From assembly GCA_030428125.1 (NCBI GenBank), contig JAUIBF010000002.1:143910-207909 (forward strand): 64,000 nucleotides of DNA, given 5' to 3'. Shown piece after piece: positions 1-9,273 of this stretch (its first letter is position 1; each line of letters starts with the position of its first letter). The stretch is from a bacterium. Its GTDB lineage: Bacteria; Patescibacteriota; Saccharimonadia; Saccharimonadales; SZUA-47. The translations under genes and the position numbers were made by a program. The notes under the pieces were generated by a model. That model was not told the DNA's origin, searched no databases, and was given only the letters and a program-made list of their open reading frames with translations.

Positions 1-1
1 T

Positions 2-310
2 AATCGGGACCCGGAACCAGATGAAAAGGCTGCTTTCTGGCCTTATTTACTGAAACAAATAGCGATAATCAAACCAAAAATAATTGCGACTCTTGGTCGT
101 CATAGTGGGCAAGTTTTTTTACCTGACTTGCGCATCAGTGCCGATCACGGACAACCAAAACGAATACACGTGACCATGGACGGAAAAGAAGAATCAATTA
201 TCATTCTGCCTCTTTACCATCCAGCAGCTGCACTATATAACGGAGGTTTACGGCAAACATTACTAGAAGATTTTCAATCAGTGCCTAAACTTCTAGGAGT
301 ATCAAATTAA
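2..310 (+). CDS. Uracil-DNA glycosylase family 4, C-terminal part (5' end outside window)
   Basis: Frame open from position 2: NRDPEPDE..., IATLGR and the LYHPAAALY motif. Confidence 0.85.
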   Translation, partial: NRDPEPDEKAAFWPYLLKQIAIIKPKIIATLGRHSGQVFLPDLRISADHGQPKRIHVTMDGKEESIIILPLYHPAAALYNGGLRQTLLEDFQSVPKLLGVSN

Positions 311-334
311 ATGAGTAAGTTAAAAATTATGAAA

Positions 335-412
335 GGAAAAAGAGCAGACCGAGCGTCAAACTTGTTTTGCGCACGGCTCGATGAGAAAAAACCATCTGGT
401 TTTGTCTCATAG
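335..412 (+). repeat. Two-hairpin dispersed repeat, copy E1
   Basis: GGAAAAAGAGCAGAC-hairpin-GCTCGATGAGA...TCTCAT; aligns by eye with copies at 9980, 12756 and 53668. Confidence 0.8.
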
Positions 413-430
413 CTCAATAAGGAGAAATTA

Positions 431-2518
431 ATGGAAAAAAATAACAAAGGGAAAGGCAAGAACCAAAACTCTGGTTCAAAAAAGCCTAATTCCCAAAATA
501 AGAAAAAACAAGGTATTGAATCTAAGCCAAGACCTAAAACTACTGCACAAGCTCGCAGTGTTAGTCGAGGTGAAGCGATTCGTGCCCAAAAGCGAAGCGT
601 TGAAGACGCAACAAGATTGGTTAGTCAGTACCTAACTCCAACAGGGGATGACAATCCTAAGCGCGCTAACTTCATCGACAACAGCCCACGTCTAAAAATC
701 ATCGGTTTAGGTGGTATGGATGGTGGTGGCTCCAAGAACATGATGCTTTTGGAGTACATGAATGATGCTGTGATTGTGGACTGCGGGAACGACCTAGGTG
801 TTGATTTGCCGGGTATCAACTACGGTATTTGCGACACAACTTATCTAGAAAGCATAAAGCACAAGATTAAAGGTTACGTAATCACTCATGGTCACTTAGA
901 CCACATCGGTGGTTTGCCGCATATCGTGCCTAAATTCCCGGCACCAATTTATGGTAGCCGATTCACGATCGGGCGTGTTGAGGAGATCTTCCAGAACTTT
1001 GGGCTGCCAATGCCGCAAGGTTTCAAACTTGATACGGTGATAATGAACGAACACACTCACGAGCGACTTAAGCTCGGTGAATTTTTCGTCGAACTCGTTG
1101 CAGTTACGCACTCTATTCCTGGTTCGACAGTAGTTATTGTCGATACACCAGTTGGTAGAGTTGTGAACACGGGTGACTTCAGGCTAGACCCAAACCCTCT
1201 AGACCATGAAAAGACTGACACAGACAGATTGAAAGAGCTTGGAAAAGAAGGTGTTTTAGCGCTTCTTTCTGAGAGTACAACTACCGAGCGACCAGGTCGT
1301 ACTCCAAGCGAGAGCACAATCGAACAAAGTTTCATCGATATCATGGAACGTGCTCCAGGACGTATGTTCGTTGCGCTGTTCTCGACAAACGTTAACCGTG
1401 TACAGATGATAGTTAATGCAGCAGTTAAGCATAACCGTAAGATTGCTCTTGATGGGCGAAGCATGATGAGTACTCTCGAAATGGCAGTGCGAAACGGTTT
1501 TATGAAGATTCCTAAAGGAACCTTCATTCCTATTAATGCAGTGCCTAACATCAAAGACCAAGATGTCGTTGTTATGTGTACTGGTTCACAGGGTGAGCCG
1601 AATTCTGCATTGCAGAGAATGGCAGCAGGTCAGCACAAGCACATCAAACTTAAGGCTCAGGACACAGTTGTGCTATCAAGTACACCAATTCCTGAGTCAG
1701 GTAATGATTCACTTATCGGTTCTATGGTTGATAACTTGATGCGTATGGGTGTGCATGTTTATCGTCACGAAACCCGTGAACTAGACAACTGTGGTCCACT
1801 GCACGTATCTGGTCATGCCAGCGTTGATGAGTACAAAGACATGATTAACTACTTGCAGCCAAAGTTCTTTGTGCCAATTTACGGAAGTTATCGCTCAAAG
1901 CAGCGACATATTGAAATTGCCGTTGAAGAAGGGATTGCACGCAGAGATACATTGAACGCTGAAAACGGTCATGTGATTGCATTTACAAAAGACAAGATGG
2001 AAGTTATCGGTGAGGTGCCTGTTGGTACAGTTTTGGTAGACCAAACTGGCGCCATCGTGAACAACGTAGTTGTCAAAGATCGATTGATGCTTGCAGAAGA
2101 AGGTCTGGTTACAGTAATCCTGACAATCGATAAGAAGTCAGGTCAACTGATGACTAGCCCAGATATTATTTCTCGAGGATTCATTTACATGCGTGACTCT
2201 GAAGAACTTATGAATCTGTTTAGGACAGAGCTTAGACGTGCAGTAATGCAGCGCTACAAACGAGTGGACCTTGATAGGTTTAAAGCGGAACTTAAAGATT
2301 ACGTAACTCATTTCTTGTACGAGCAAACTCAGAGAAGCCCAATTGTGATTCCGGTTGTGAACATCATTAACGGTAAACCCTCTACAACTAAGCAGGGCGG
2401 TAAAGATGGTAAGAAGCAAGAGCCTGAGAAAACAGCTGATCAGATTGCTAAAGAACAGCAAGATAGATTTGCTGCGTTGCGTCAGCAGCTTCTAGGCCAA
2501 GACGCTCGCGTTGACTAA
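431..2518 (+). CDS. rnj: Ribonuclease J with basic N-terminal extension
   Basis: THGHLDHIGG metallo-beta-lactamase motif, THSIP, TGDFRLD, TGSQGEP, HVSGH; AAGGAG ribosome binding site. Confidence 0.95.
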   Translation: MEKNNKGKGKNQNSGSKKPNSQNKKKQGIESKPRPKTTAQARSVSRGEAIRAQKRSVEDATRLVSQYLTPTGDDNPKRANFIDNSPRLKIIGLGGMDGGGSKNMMLLEYMNDAVIVDCGNDLGVDLPGINYGICDTTYLESIKHKIKGYVITHGHLDHIGGLPHIVPKFPAPIYGSRFTIGRVEEIFQNFGLPMPQGFKLDTVIMNEHTHERLKLGEFFVELVAVTHSIPGSTVVIVDTPVGRVVNTGDFRLDPNPLDHEKTDTDRLKELGKEGVLALLSESTTTERPGRTPSESTIEQSFIDIMERAPGRMFVALFSTNVNRVQMIVNAAVKHNRKIALDGRSMMSTLEMAVRNGFMKIPKGTFIPINAVPNIKDQDVVVMCTGSQGEPNSALQRMAAGQHKHIKLKAQDTVVLSSTPIPESGNDSLIGSMVDNLMRMGVHVYRHETRELDNCGPLHVSGHASVDEYKDMINYLQPKFFVPIYGSYRSKQRHIEIAVEEGIARRDTLNAENGHVIAFTKDKMEVIGEVPVGTVLVDQTGAIVNNVVVKDRLMLAEEGLVTVILTIDKKSGQLMTSPDIISRGFIYMRDSEELMNLFRTELRRAVMQRYKRVDLDRFKAELKDYVTHFLYEQTQRSPIVIPVVNIINGKPSTTKQGGKDGKKQEPEKTADQIAKEQQDRFAALRQQLLGQDARVD

Positions 2519-2587
2519 CTTCTTTAAATTGCTCAAGCTTGCAGATTAGAATCAGAAGCAATATAGTACCCCAAATAACCGGAGAGT

Positions 2588-3547
2588 ATGATGAGTGATG
2601 TATTAGGTGCGAGAGAACAGTTCGAACAGAGGGTAGGTGTTTATGACGCGGCGCGATTCGGTAGAGTAATAACAGCAATGGTCTCACCATTCGATGATAG
2701 AGGTTCATTAAACCAAGACGTCGCAGCCGAACTCGCTACATACTTAGTAGACCATGGAAGTGAAGGTCTTGTTCTGGCTGGCACTACTGGAGAAAGCCCA
2801 ACACTTACTAGATGGGAAGAGATAGCGTTATTTACTAAGGTGCGAGACACCGTTGAGGTGCCAATTCTAGCAGGCACTGGGTCAAACAATACCACTGAAG
2901 CCGTTGAAATAACAGAAGAGGTTACCAGACGAGAATTAGCGGACGGCTTACTTGTGGTCAGTCCTTACTACAATAAGCCTCCTCAAGATGGAATCTACAA
3001 TTACTTCGCAGCAGTCGCTGAATCCACCGACTTGCCCATCATTATGTACAACATACCAGGCAGAACTGGAGGAGATGGAATTGCAAACGAGACAATGTTG
3101 AGGTTAGCCGAAATTGATAATATTGTTGGGCTCAAAGATGCTTCAGGAAAACCAGATAACACTGCCGAACTTGCACAAGAACTTCCAGAAGGATTTCTGA
3201 TTTACAGTGGTGATGATAGTTTAAACCTTCGTCTAGCTCGGCAAGCAGGAGCAGTTGGTGCTATTTCCGTAGCAAGTCATTGGGCTGGGGAAGAGATGCA
3301 AAGCATGTATGATTCGCTAGACGAAGGCAACGATCTTCTAGCAGAAAATATAAATAGAAGGTTAATAGACTCCTATGATTTCGAATCATTTCCGGCAGCG
3401 CCTAATCCTATACCTACAAAAACCATGATGAGAGTACTTGGGTTGCAGGTAGGCTTTGGCAGATCCCCTATGGTATTAGATAGCTACGATGAAGTAGATG
3501 CTCGTGCACGTGCTGTTTGGGCAGATCTAAAAGGTTTACCTCAATAG
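2588..3547 (+). CDS. dapA: 4-hydroxy-tetrahydrodipicolinate synthase (DHDPS)
   Basis: GTTGESPTL, PYYNKP, YNIPGRT and the Schiff-base Lys in GLKDA. Confidence 0.92.
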   Translation: MMSDVLGAREQFEQRVGVYDAARFGRVITAMVSPFDDRGSLNQDVAAELATYLVDHGSEGLVLAGTTGESPTLTRWEEIALFTKVRDTVEVPILAGTGSNNTTEAVEITEEVTRRELADGLLVVSPYYNKPPQDGIYNYFAAVAESTDLPIIMYNIPGRTGGDGIANETMLRLAEIDNIVGLKDASGKPDNTAELAQELPEGFLIYSGDDSLNLRLARQAGAVGAISVASHWAGEEMQSMYDSLDEGNDLLAENINRRLIDSYDFESFPAAPNPIPTKTMMRVLGLQVGFGRSPMVLDSYDEVDARARAVWADLKGLPQ

Positions 3548-3568
3548 TTTAGATAAACATAATCACTA

Positions 3569-3598
3569 TTGACAAAATGCGAACAAATGTGTTAAAAT
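3569..3598 (+). promoter_or_regulatory. Sigma70-type promoter of ftsK
   Basis: TTGACA, 18 nt spacer, TAAAAT preceded by TG (extended -10). Confidence 0.6.
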
Positions 3599-3650
3599 AA
3601 CAACACTGTTCACTAGTTCGTCGGACTAGAGTAAAATAAAGGTAGTCCTT

Positions 3651-5840
3651 ATGCCTAAAAAGAAAAAAAGAAGCACCAAACGAAAGTCATCCAAGAAAGC
3701 CCCGGTTAAGAATATACCGAAGGAGCCCAATCTATTCCTGCGGCAAGCAGGGGCAGTGTCATTGATTGTTTTGGCGATATTTCTGTTCTTAGGTGGGTTT
3801 GGCACCGGTGGTAGCTTCCCGGTTGGAATGTTCGAGGTTGTATACAGTGTTTTTGGTTGGGCTGCATATCTAACTCCTGTAGCGCTTGGTTATTGGGGTG
3901 TTCACAAGATTAGAGCCGAAGAGCACAGCCTACCCTTTAATAGAATCTTAAGCATGGCTAGTTTGCTGGTGGTTACATCATCATGGTTAGACGTAGTATT
4001 TGCCAGTAAGAATAATGCTGGAGAGTGGGAAGGTGGACATGGTGGTGGCTTAGGCGAAGTCATCGGTGGTGCGACTCTTTCTGCGTTAGATAAAATCCCA
4101 GCTGGAATACTCTTTTTTGTTCTGTTAGTTGTAGTTGCTTGCTGGACATTCGGAATACCGTTCAAGATATTTTTAAAACCATTTGAGAAGCGTGAGAAAG
4201 CTAACCCCGATACAGACATTAGTGAGCTAAAAGCTAAAAGTGAGCCTAGCGAGTTCCAGCTAAACGAAGGTGTCCCTGTAGAACGCAACGCTTCACGAAG
4301 TACACTTAAAAATACCGTTGCCGCCAAACTATCAGCCGATGAAAATCACGAAGCACTAACAGAGGCACGTGACCCTAACTGGTTATTCCCAACCACAGAC
4401 TTACTGATTAAGAAACAAGATAAAGCTGATGCCGGTGACGTGAATACAAACGCCGACATCATTAAAGACACGTTTTCCAATTTCAACATCAATGTGGAGA
4501 TGGAAGGTGCCAACATTGGGCCCAGAGTTACTCAGTTTACACTTAAGCCACCAGCTGGAACCAAATTGAGTAAAATTGCGGCACTCGACAAGGAATTATC
4601 ACTTAACTTGGCCGCACAAAGCATCCGTGTAGAAGCACCAATTCCTGGAAAAAGAGCTGTAGGAATAGAGGTGCCAAACGTTAAATCAGCTACGGTGAGA
4701 ACATCAGGTATTTTGGATGACAAGTCGTGGAAAAACAGTAGCGAGCCCTTAAGCTTTGCAATCGGTAGAGATATCGCAGGCAACCCTATCGTTGGTGCCT
4801 TAAATAAGATGCCCCACTTGCTTATTGCTGGTCAGACTGGTTCTGGTAAGTCAGTGATGATTAACACCTTGCTAACCAGCTTGTTGTATAAGAATAGTCC
4901 TGCTGATATGAAGCTAATCCTAGTTGACCCGAAGCAAGTAGAACTTACACCGTATAACGATATACCTCACCTACTAACACCAGTTATAACTGAGCCGGAA
5001 AAGTGCATCAGTGCACTTAAGTGGGCAGTATCAGAAATGGAAAGACGCTTGCGCACATTTGCTGAGCATAACAAGCGGGATATCGCTGGCTATAACAACC
5101 TTAAAGATCAAGACGCTATGCCGTACATCGTAATCGTTATCGATGAGCTAGCTGACTTGATGATGATGGCTGCTCGTGACGTTGAAGCACTAATTGTGCG
5201 TGTTGCACAGAAAGCTCGTGCTGCGGGTATTCACCTAGTTCTTGCTACACAGCGACCAAGTGTGGACGTAATCACAGGTCTGATTAAAGCGAACGTGCCT
5301 GCTAGAATTGCCTTTACGGTAGCTAGCCAGGTAGACAGCCGAACAATCATAGACGGCATTGGCGCCGAGAAGTTACTTGGTCAAGGTGACATGTTGTTTA
5401 AGACTGCCGACATGCCAAAAGTTTTGCGTATCCAGGGTGCATTTATCACAGATGGTGAGACCGTTAAAGTTAACGATTTCTTGCGTGATCAACGACCTCC
5501 ACAGTACGATGATGAAGTAGTCAGCCAGCCAGTGCAACTTAACGGTAAGGGTGGTGTGGTTGTAGAAAGTGATGCATCGGATTCGGATGACGATATGTGG
5601 GAAGATGCAGTGCGAGTAGTTGTCGATAACCGCAAGGCTAGCACTAGTTTACTGCAACGGAAGCTTAGAATTGGCTACGGACGCGCTTCCAGAATCATGG
5701 ATATGATGGAAGACCAGGGGATAATTAGTCCAGCTGATGGCTCCAAGCCTCGTGATGTTTTGGTTACATCTATGGCTGACGTATTCGGCACTCCTAGCGC
5801 AGTAGCTGACGACGAAGAAGCGGCACTAGACGAAGTCTAA
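3651..5840 (+). CDS. ftsK: DNA translocase FtsK
   Basis: N-terminal 4 TM region, PHLLIAGQTGSGKS Walker A, IDELADLM, ATQRPS, C-terminal gamma domain (LQRKLRIGYGRA). Confidence 0.96.
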   Translation: MPKKKKRSTKRKSSKKAPVKNIPKEPNLFLRQAGAVSLIVLAIFLFLGGFGTGGSFPVGMFEVVYSVFGWAAYLTPVALGYWGVHKIRAEEHSLPFNRILSMASLLVVTSSWLDVVFASKNNAGEWEGGHGGGLGEVIGGATLSALDKIPAGILFFVLLVVVACWTFGIPFKIFLKPFEKREKANPDTDISELKAKSEPSEFQLNEGVPVERNASRSTLKNTVAAKLSADENHEALTEARDPNWLFPTTDLLIKKQDKADAGDVNTNADIIKDTFSNFNINVEMEGANIGPRVTQFTLKPPAGTKLSKIAALDKELSLNLAAQSIRVEAPIPGKRAVGIEVPNVKSATVRTSGILDDKSWKNSSEPLSFAIGRDIAGNPIVGALNKMPHLLIAGQTGSGKSVMINTLLTSLLYKNSPADMKLILVDPKQVELTPYNDIPHLLTPVITEPEKCISALKWAVSEMERRLRTFAEHNKRDIAGYNNLKDQDAMPYIVIVIDELADLMMMAARDVEALIVRVAQKARAAGIHLVLATQRPSVDVITGLIKANVPARIAFTVASQVDSRTIIDGIGAEKLLGQGDMLFKTADMPKVLRIQGAFITDGETVKVNDFLRDQRPPQYDDEVVSQPVQLNGKGGVVVESDASDSDDDMWEDAVRVVVDNRKASTSLLQRKLRIGYGRASRIMDMMEDQGIISPADGSKPRDVLVTSMADVFGTPSAVADDEEAALDEV

Positions 5841-5933
5841 GAAATTTAGTATAATTACATCTGTTACAAACTAATTCAGCTTACAGCAACTTTAGGCGTG
5901 TAAGCTAAACCCAAAGGAAGGAGTTCAATTCAT

Positions 5934-6323
5934 ATGGACAGTTACGAACTAGCTGTGCTTTTTCACCCAGATTTAGAAATCGATTTAGAAAAAGCTGAAG
6001 CACAAGTAGCAAAACTAGTTAAAGACGTTGACGGTAAAATTACTGCAACTGATAACTGGGGTAAGCGCAAGCTTGCTTATAAGATTGCTGGTCATGAACA
6101 TGCTGTATACGTTTTCTATACAGTTGAGATGCCAGGTGCTGGTGTTAAGACGCTTAATGACGCGCTAAACATCACTGATGAAGTAATCAGATTCTTGATT
6201 ACAAAGCCAGATCTTAAAGCTATCGCAAAAGCAGAAGCCATGAAAGTGAATCGCGACAAGCGACTTGCTAACGCTGATGATGCTGATGACGATGATGAAG
6301 AAGATTCAGACGACGAAGATTAG
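5934..6323 (+). CDS. rpsF: 30S ribosomal protein S6
   Basis: YELAVLF, WGKRKLAYKI, acidic tail; rpsF-ssb-rpsR synteny. Confidence 0.95.
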   Translation: MDSYELAVLFHPDLEIDLEKAEAQVAKLVKDVDGKITATDNWGKRKLAYKIAGHEHAVYVFYTVEMPGAGVKTLNDALNITDEVIRFLITKPDLKAIAKAEAMKVNRDKRLANADDADDDDEEDSDDED

Positions 6324-6367
6324 TGTAGAATGAAAATGTGGGAACGACACGAGAACTTTAAATAACG

Positions 6368-6438
6368 AGGAAAGGAGGGTCTCAAGGGTACTTTTCTTAA
6401 AAGAAAAACCGTAGGTTTGTCTTTTGAAGCCCTTGGGC
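6368..6438 (+). repeat. Partial or variant copy (E4) of the two-hairpin repeat
   Basis: AAAAGA-A-AAACC-GTA-GGTTT-G-TCTTTT (6399-6425) matches hairpin 2 of the family; enclosed by CTCAAGGG/CCCTTGGG. Confidence 0.6.
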
Positions 6439-6446
6439 GTCGACAT

Positions 6447-6920
6447 ATGGCAAAAGGTTTTAACAAAGTAGTTTTGATGGGAAATTTAACACGCGATCCG
6501 GAGTTGCGAAGCACTCCAAGTGGACAAAGCGTGGCAGGGTTTTCGCTAGCAGTAAACAGAAGCTGGAAGAATGCTAGTGGAGAAACTCAAGAAGCTGTAG
6601 ATTATATCGACTGCAATGCCTGGGGCAAAGCAGGAGAAATCATTTCGCAGTACATGACCAAAGGAAGTGCAATTCTAGTCTCAGGACGATTGCAACAACG
6701 TTCTTGGGAACAAGATGGTCAAAAGCGAAGCAAAGTAGAAGTAGTCGTAGAAGACTTTAACTTTGTCGGTGGAGGCAGTGGTGATGGAGGCGGAAACCGT
6801 TCTTCAGGACCAAGTCAAAGCAACTCAAGTAGCTCATCAAGCTCAAATGCTAAGAAAGATAAGTCAGAGGTTGAGGACGTTGATAACGAGCCTATTAACC
6901 TCGACGACATACCATTTTAG
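6447..6920 (+). CDS. ssb: Single-stranded DNA-binding protein
   Basis: NKVVLMGNLTRDPELR and C-terminal DDIPF; start moved to ATG 6447. Confidence 0.96.
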   Translation: MAKGFNKVVLMGNLTRDPELRSTPSGQSVAGFSLAVNRSWKNASGETQEAVDYIDCNAWGKAGEIISQYMTKGSAILVSGRLQQRSWEQDGQKRSKVEVVVEDFNFVGGGSGDGGGNRSSGPSQSNSSSSSSSNAKKDKSEVEDVDNEPINLDDIPF

Positions 6921-6924
6921 ATAA

Positions 6925-7113
6925 ATGGATATAGAAAGCCAACATCAACCAGGTCAAACAGTGGAAGGCATTACTAGCCCGGACGCAGTGTGGATGCCGA
7001 GCTTAATTGGCAAAGGCCCGGAGGTTGTGAGGGAATTAATAATCTTAAATGAAGACGTCTACCGTTTAAGCAACGGGTTAGGATTTCCTTTAAGTTGGTT
7101 GGACCTAGATTAA
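6925..7113 (+). CDS. Small hypothetical protein between ssb and rpsR
   Basis: 62 aa ORF filling the gap; no recognisable motif. Confidence 0.4.
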   Translation: MDIESQHQPGQTVEGITSPDAVWMPSLIGKGPEVVRELIILNEDVYRLSNGLGFPLSWLDLD

Positions 7114-7132
7114 TATTAGAAAGGATATAATT

Positions 7133-7336
7133 GTGGCGAAGATATTTAAGCACAAACATGATATTCCTTATTTTGACTATAAGGATTTCAAAACTTTGCA
7201 GCGATACGTTAACCAGTACGGTCAGATTGAGACTCGTAAGAAAACTGGTCTAACTGAAAGCAAGCAACGTCAGCTAGCAAAAGCTATCAAGCGAGCTAGA
7301 CACCTTGCATTGCTTCCATTTGTAAGCAGTAATTAG
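7133..7336 (+). CDS. rpsR: 30S ribosomal protein S18
   Basis: [25 protein letters not shown]. Confidence 0.95.
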   Translation: MAKIFKHKHDIPYFDYKDFKTLQRYVNQYGQIETRKKTGLTESKQRQLAKAIKRARHLALLPFVSSN

Positions 7337-7341
7337 TTCAG

Positions 7342-7611
7342 ATGACCCAGAAAAGATTAATATCAGGATATGTATCAGGAATAGTCAAGGACTGTGATAC
7401 TGTATATGTTTCTGCGAACTTTGATGCACTCAGAATTAAACCAGTATCAATAGATGCGAGAACCGTACTAGATGCTGGTTACTCTGTTGATCACGGGTCT
7501 GCCATCATTGCTATTGCTAATGTTGGTGCTGGCCAAGAGCATGATATTAATCTTAGATTAGTTCCACAGATTAGAGGGAACACGGCAGTAACCAACGTAG
7601 GAGTCGAATAG
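7342..7611 (+). CDS. Hypothetical protein
   Basis: 89 aa ORF tightly packed in the operon. Confidence 0.5.
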   Translation: MTQKRLISGYVSGIVKDCDTVYVSANFDALRIKPVSIDARTVLDAGYSVDHGSAIIAIANVGAGQEHDINLRLVPQIRGNTAVTNVGVE

Positions 7612-7887
7612 ATGGACCATAAAAGATATCACAATGAAGTGATAAATATGCAGAGGAGAATGCGTGACTGGTTGGATAATCCATCGCATTCACAGGCAAG
7701 AGAATTAGATTCTCTGTTTCAGCGTCTAGAAGATGATGTCCAGGTTGGTAAGAGCTCCCACACAATCATTGATCATCTCAAACGGATTGAATCAATTTGT
7801 AAATCAATGGACAGTGAAGCAATGAGTCATGGGCACTCATCACAACTCGAACAATGGGCTCGTAGCTCGATACAGAGGATTAGATAA
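7612..7887 (+). CDS. Hypothetical helical protein
   Basis: 91 aa ORF with GGAG ribosome binding site, abutting both neighbours. Confidence 0.65.
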   Translation: MDHKRYHNEVINMQRRMRDWLDNPSHSQARELDSLFQRLEDDVQVGKSSHTIIDHLKRIESICKSMDSEAMSHGHSSQLEQWARSSIQRIR

Positions 7888-8297
7888 TGGGGTATTTTAT
7901 TGCATATCGACACACAGGTGTTGATCCTAAGTACTTGAGCGAGTTACTTCCTACAGTTAGGGATTCATTTAATGAAAATGGGGAAAATGTTTATTGTACT
8001 TTCTTCGACGAAGAAGAATTCCAGAATAAAAACTTCGGGCCCGAGAGAATTATGCAACATGCGTTCCTGAAAATTGAAGAAATGGGAGGATTGTTTGTTG
8101 TGATTGATGGTCCAGAAAAAAGCGAAGGTCAACTAATCGAGGTTGGCTATTGTATCGCCAAGAACATACCCATCATCGTGGCCAAAAGAAGGTCAGTCAG
8201 TAATACTTATGTAGATAGAATGACCAACAAAGTTCTAGAATATGAAAATATTGACGAACTTAGTCAAAAAATTAAAGAATTTTGCAAGGAATCATAG
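7887..8297 (+). CDS. Nucleoside 2-deoxyribosyltransferase-like protein
   Basis: SEGQLIEVGYCIAKNIPIIV resembles the S-x-G-x3-E-x-G-x-A motif of this family. Confidence 0.65.
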   Translation: MGYFIAYRHTGVDPKYLSELLPTVRDSFNENGENVYCTFFDEEEFQNKNFGPERIMQHAFLKIEEMGGLFVVIDGPEKSEGQLIEVGYCIAKNIPIIVAKRRSVSNTYVDRMTNKVLEYENIDELSQKIKEFCKES

Positions 8298-8864
8298 ATG
8301 GCATTAGGAGTAACAGATTTAAAAAAAGGCGCAGTGTTTTCGTTTGAAGGCACGCCTTATCGGGTGGTTGAGTATTCACAAAAAGTTGTTGGGCGTGGCG
8401 GAAGTATTGTTAACGTAACTATTAAAAGTTTGCTAGACGGCAAACAGCTACAGAAAACTTTTAAAGGGAACGAACAACTAGACAGTGTAGATTTAACTTA
8501 TTCAAACGTTCAATTTTTATACTCAGACAACTCCGGTTTTCATTTCATGGATAACGAAAACTACGAGCAGATTGATTTATCTGAAGAAGTTCTCGGAGAT
8601 CAAGCAGGTTATTTGAAAGAAGGTGACGTTGTAAAGGCCATGAAACTAGACGGCAATACCGTGAGCGTTGAATTGCCAAAAAACGTGTATCTAAAAGTTA
8701 CTTACGCAGAAAACGTAGTCAAGGGTGACACTACCAGTAACGTCCTAAAAGATGCCAAGGTTGAGACAGGGATTACAGTAAAAGTACCGGCGTTTATCAA
8801 AGTAGGTGACGAGATTTCTGTAGATACCGAAACCGGTGCTTACCGAGAGCGTAAGAAAGACTGA
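8298..8864 (+). CDS. efp: Elongation factor P
   Basis: DLKKG, GRGG tip loop, QFLY, KGDT, ETG..VKVPAFIKVGD, GAYRER. Confidence 0.95.
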   Translation: MALGVTDLKKGAVFSFEGTPYRVVEYSQKVVGRGGSIVNVTIKSLLDGKQLQKTFKGNEQLDSVDLTYSNVQFLYSDNSGFHFMDNENYEQIDLSEEVLGDQAGYLKEGDVVKAMKLDGNTVSVELPKNVYLKVTYAENVVKGDTTSNVLKDAKVETGITVKVPAFIKVGDEISVDTETGAYRERKKD

Positions 8865-8868
8865 TGTC

Positions 8869-9273
8869 ATGGAAGTGGCTGGAGTATTATTAATACAGGG
8901 TGACGAATATGTACTCCAACTGCGTGACAATATACCCACAATTTCAGAACCTGGACTAGTGGCTATTTGGGGTGGCAAAGTAGAAGAAAACGACAGTTCA
9001 CCACAAGAAGCCGCAGCTAGAGAATTGCTGGAGGAAACTGGTGTAGAAATCGATTCTAGTGAGCTAGTGCACCTAGAATCGTACGTTACTAGGGGTAAAA
9101 GTTCTAAAAACATCGGAAAGCCCGTTAAAGCACACATATATTACGTAGAGATTCCTGAGAATGTTACAGTTGAATGCCTAGAGGGCTTGGAATTAGTCAG
9201 GGTAAAAGACCTAAATGAAATACCCGAATCTTTGCGCTCTGAGTTCCTGCAAAAAAGCATAGAGATAGTATGA
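8869..9273 (+). CDS. NUDIX hydrolase
   Basis: Nudix box GGKVE...EAAARELLEETG; start moved to ATG 8869. Confidence 0.88.
   Translation: MEVAGVLLIQGDEYVLQLRDNIPTISEPGLVAIWGGKVEENDSSPQEAAARELLEETGVEIDSSELVHLESYVTRGKSSKNIGKPVKAHIYYVEIPENVTVECLEGLELVRVKDLNEIPESLRSEFLQKSIEIV

Noticed and set aside
3580..3593. LexA (GAAC-N4-GTTC) box in the ftsK promoter
   Set aside because: Only the left half matches (CGAAC-AAAT-GTGT)
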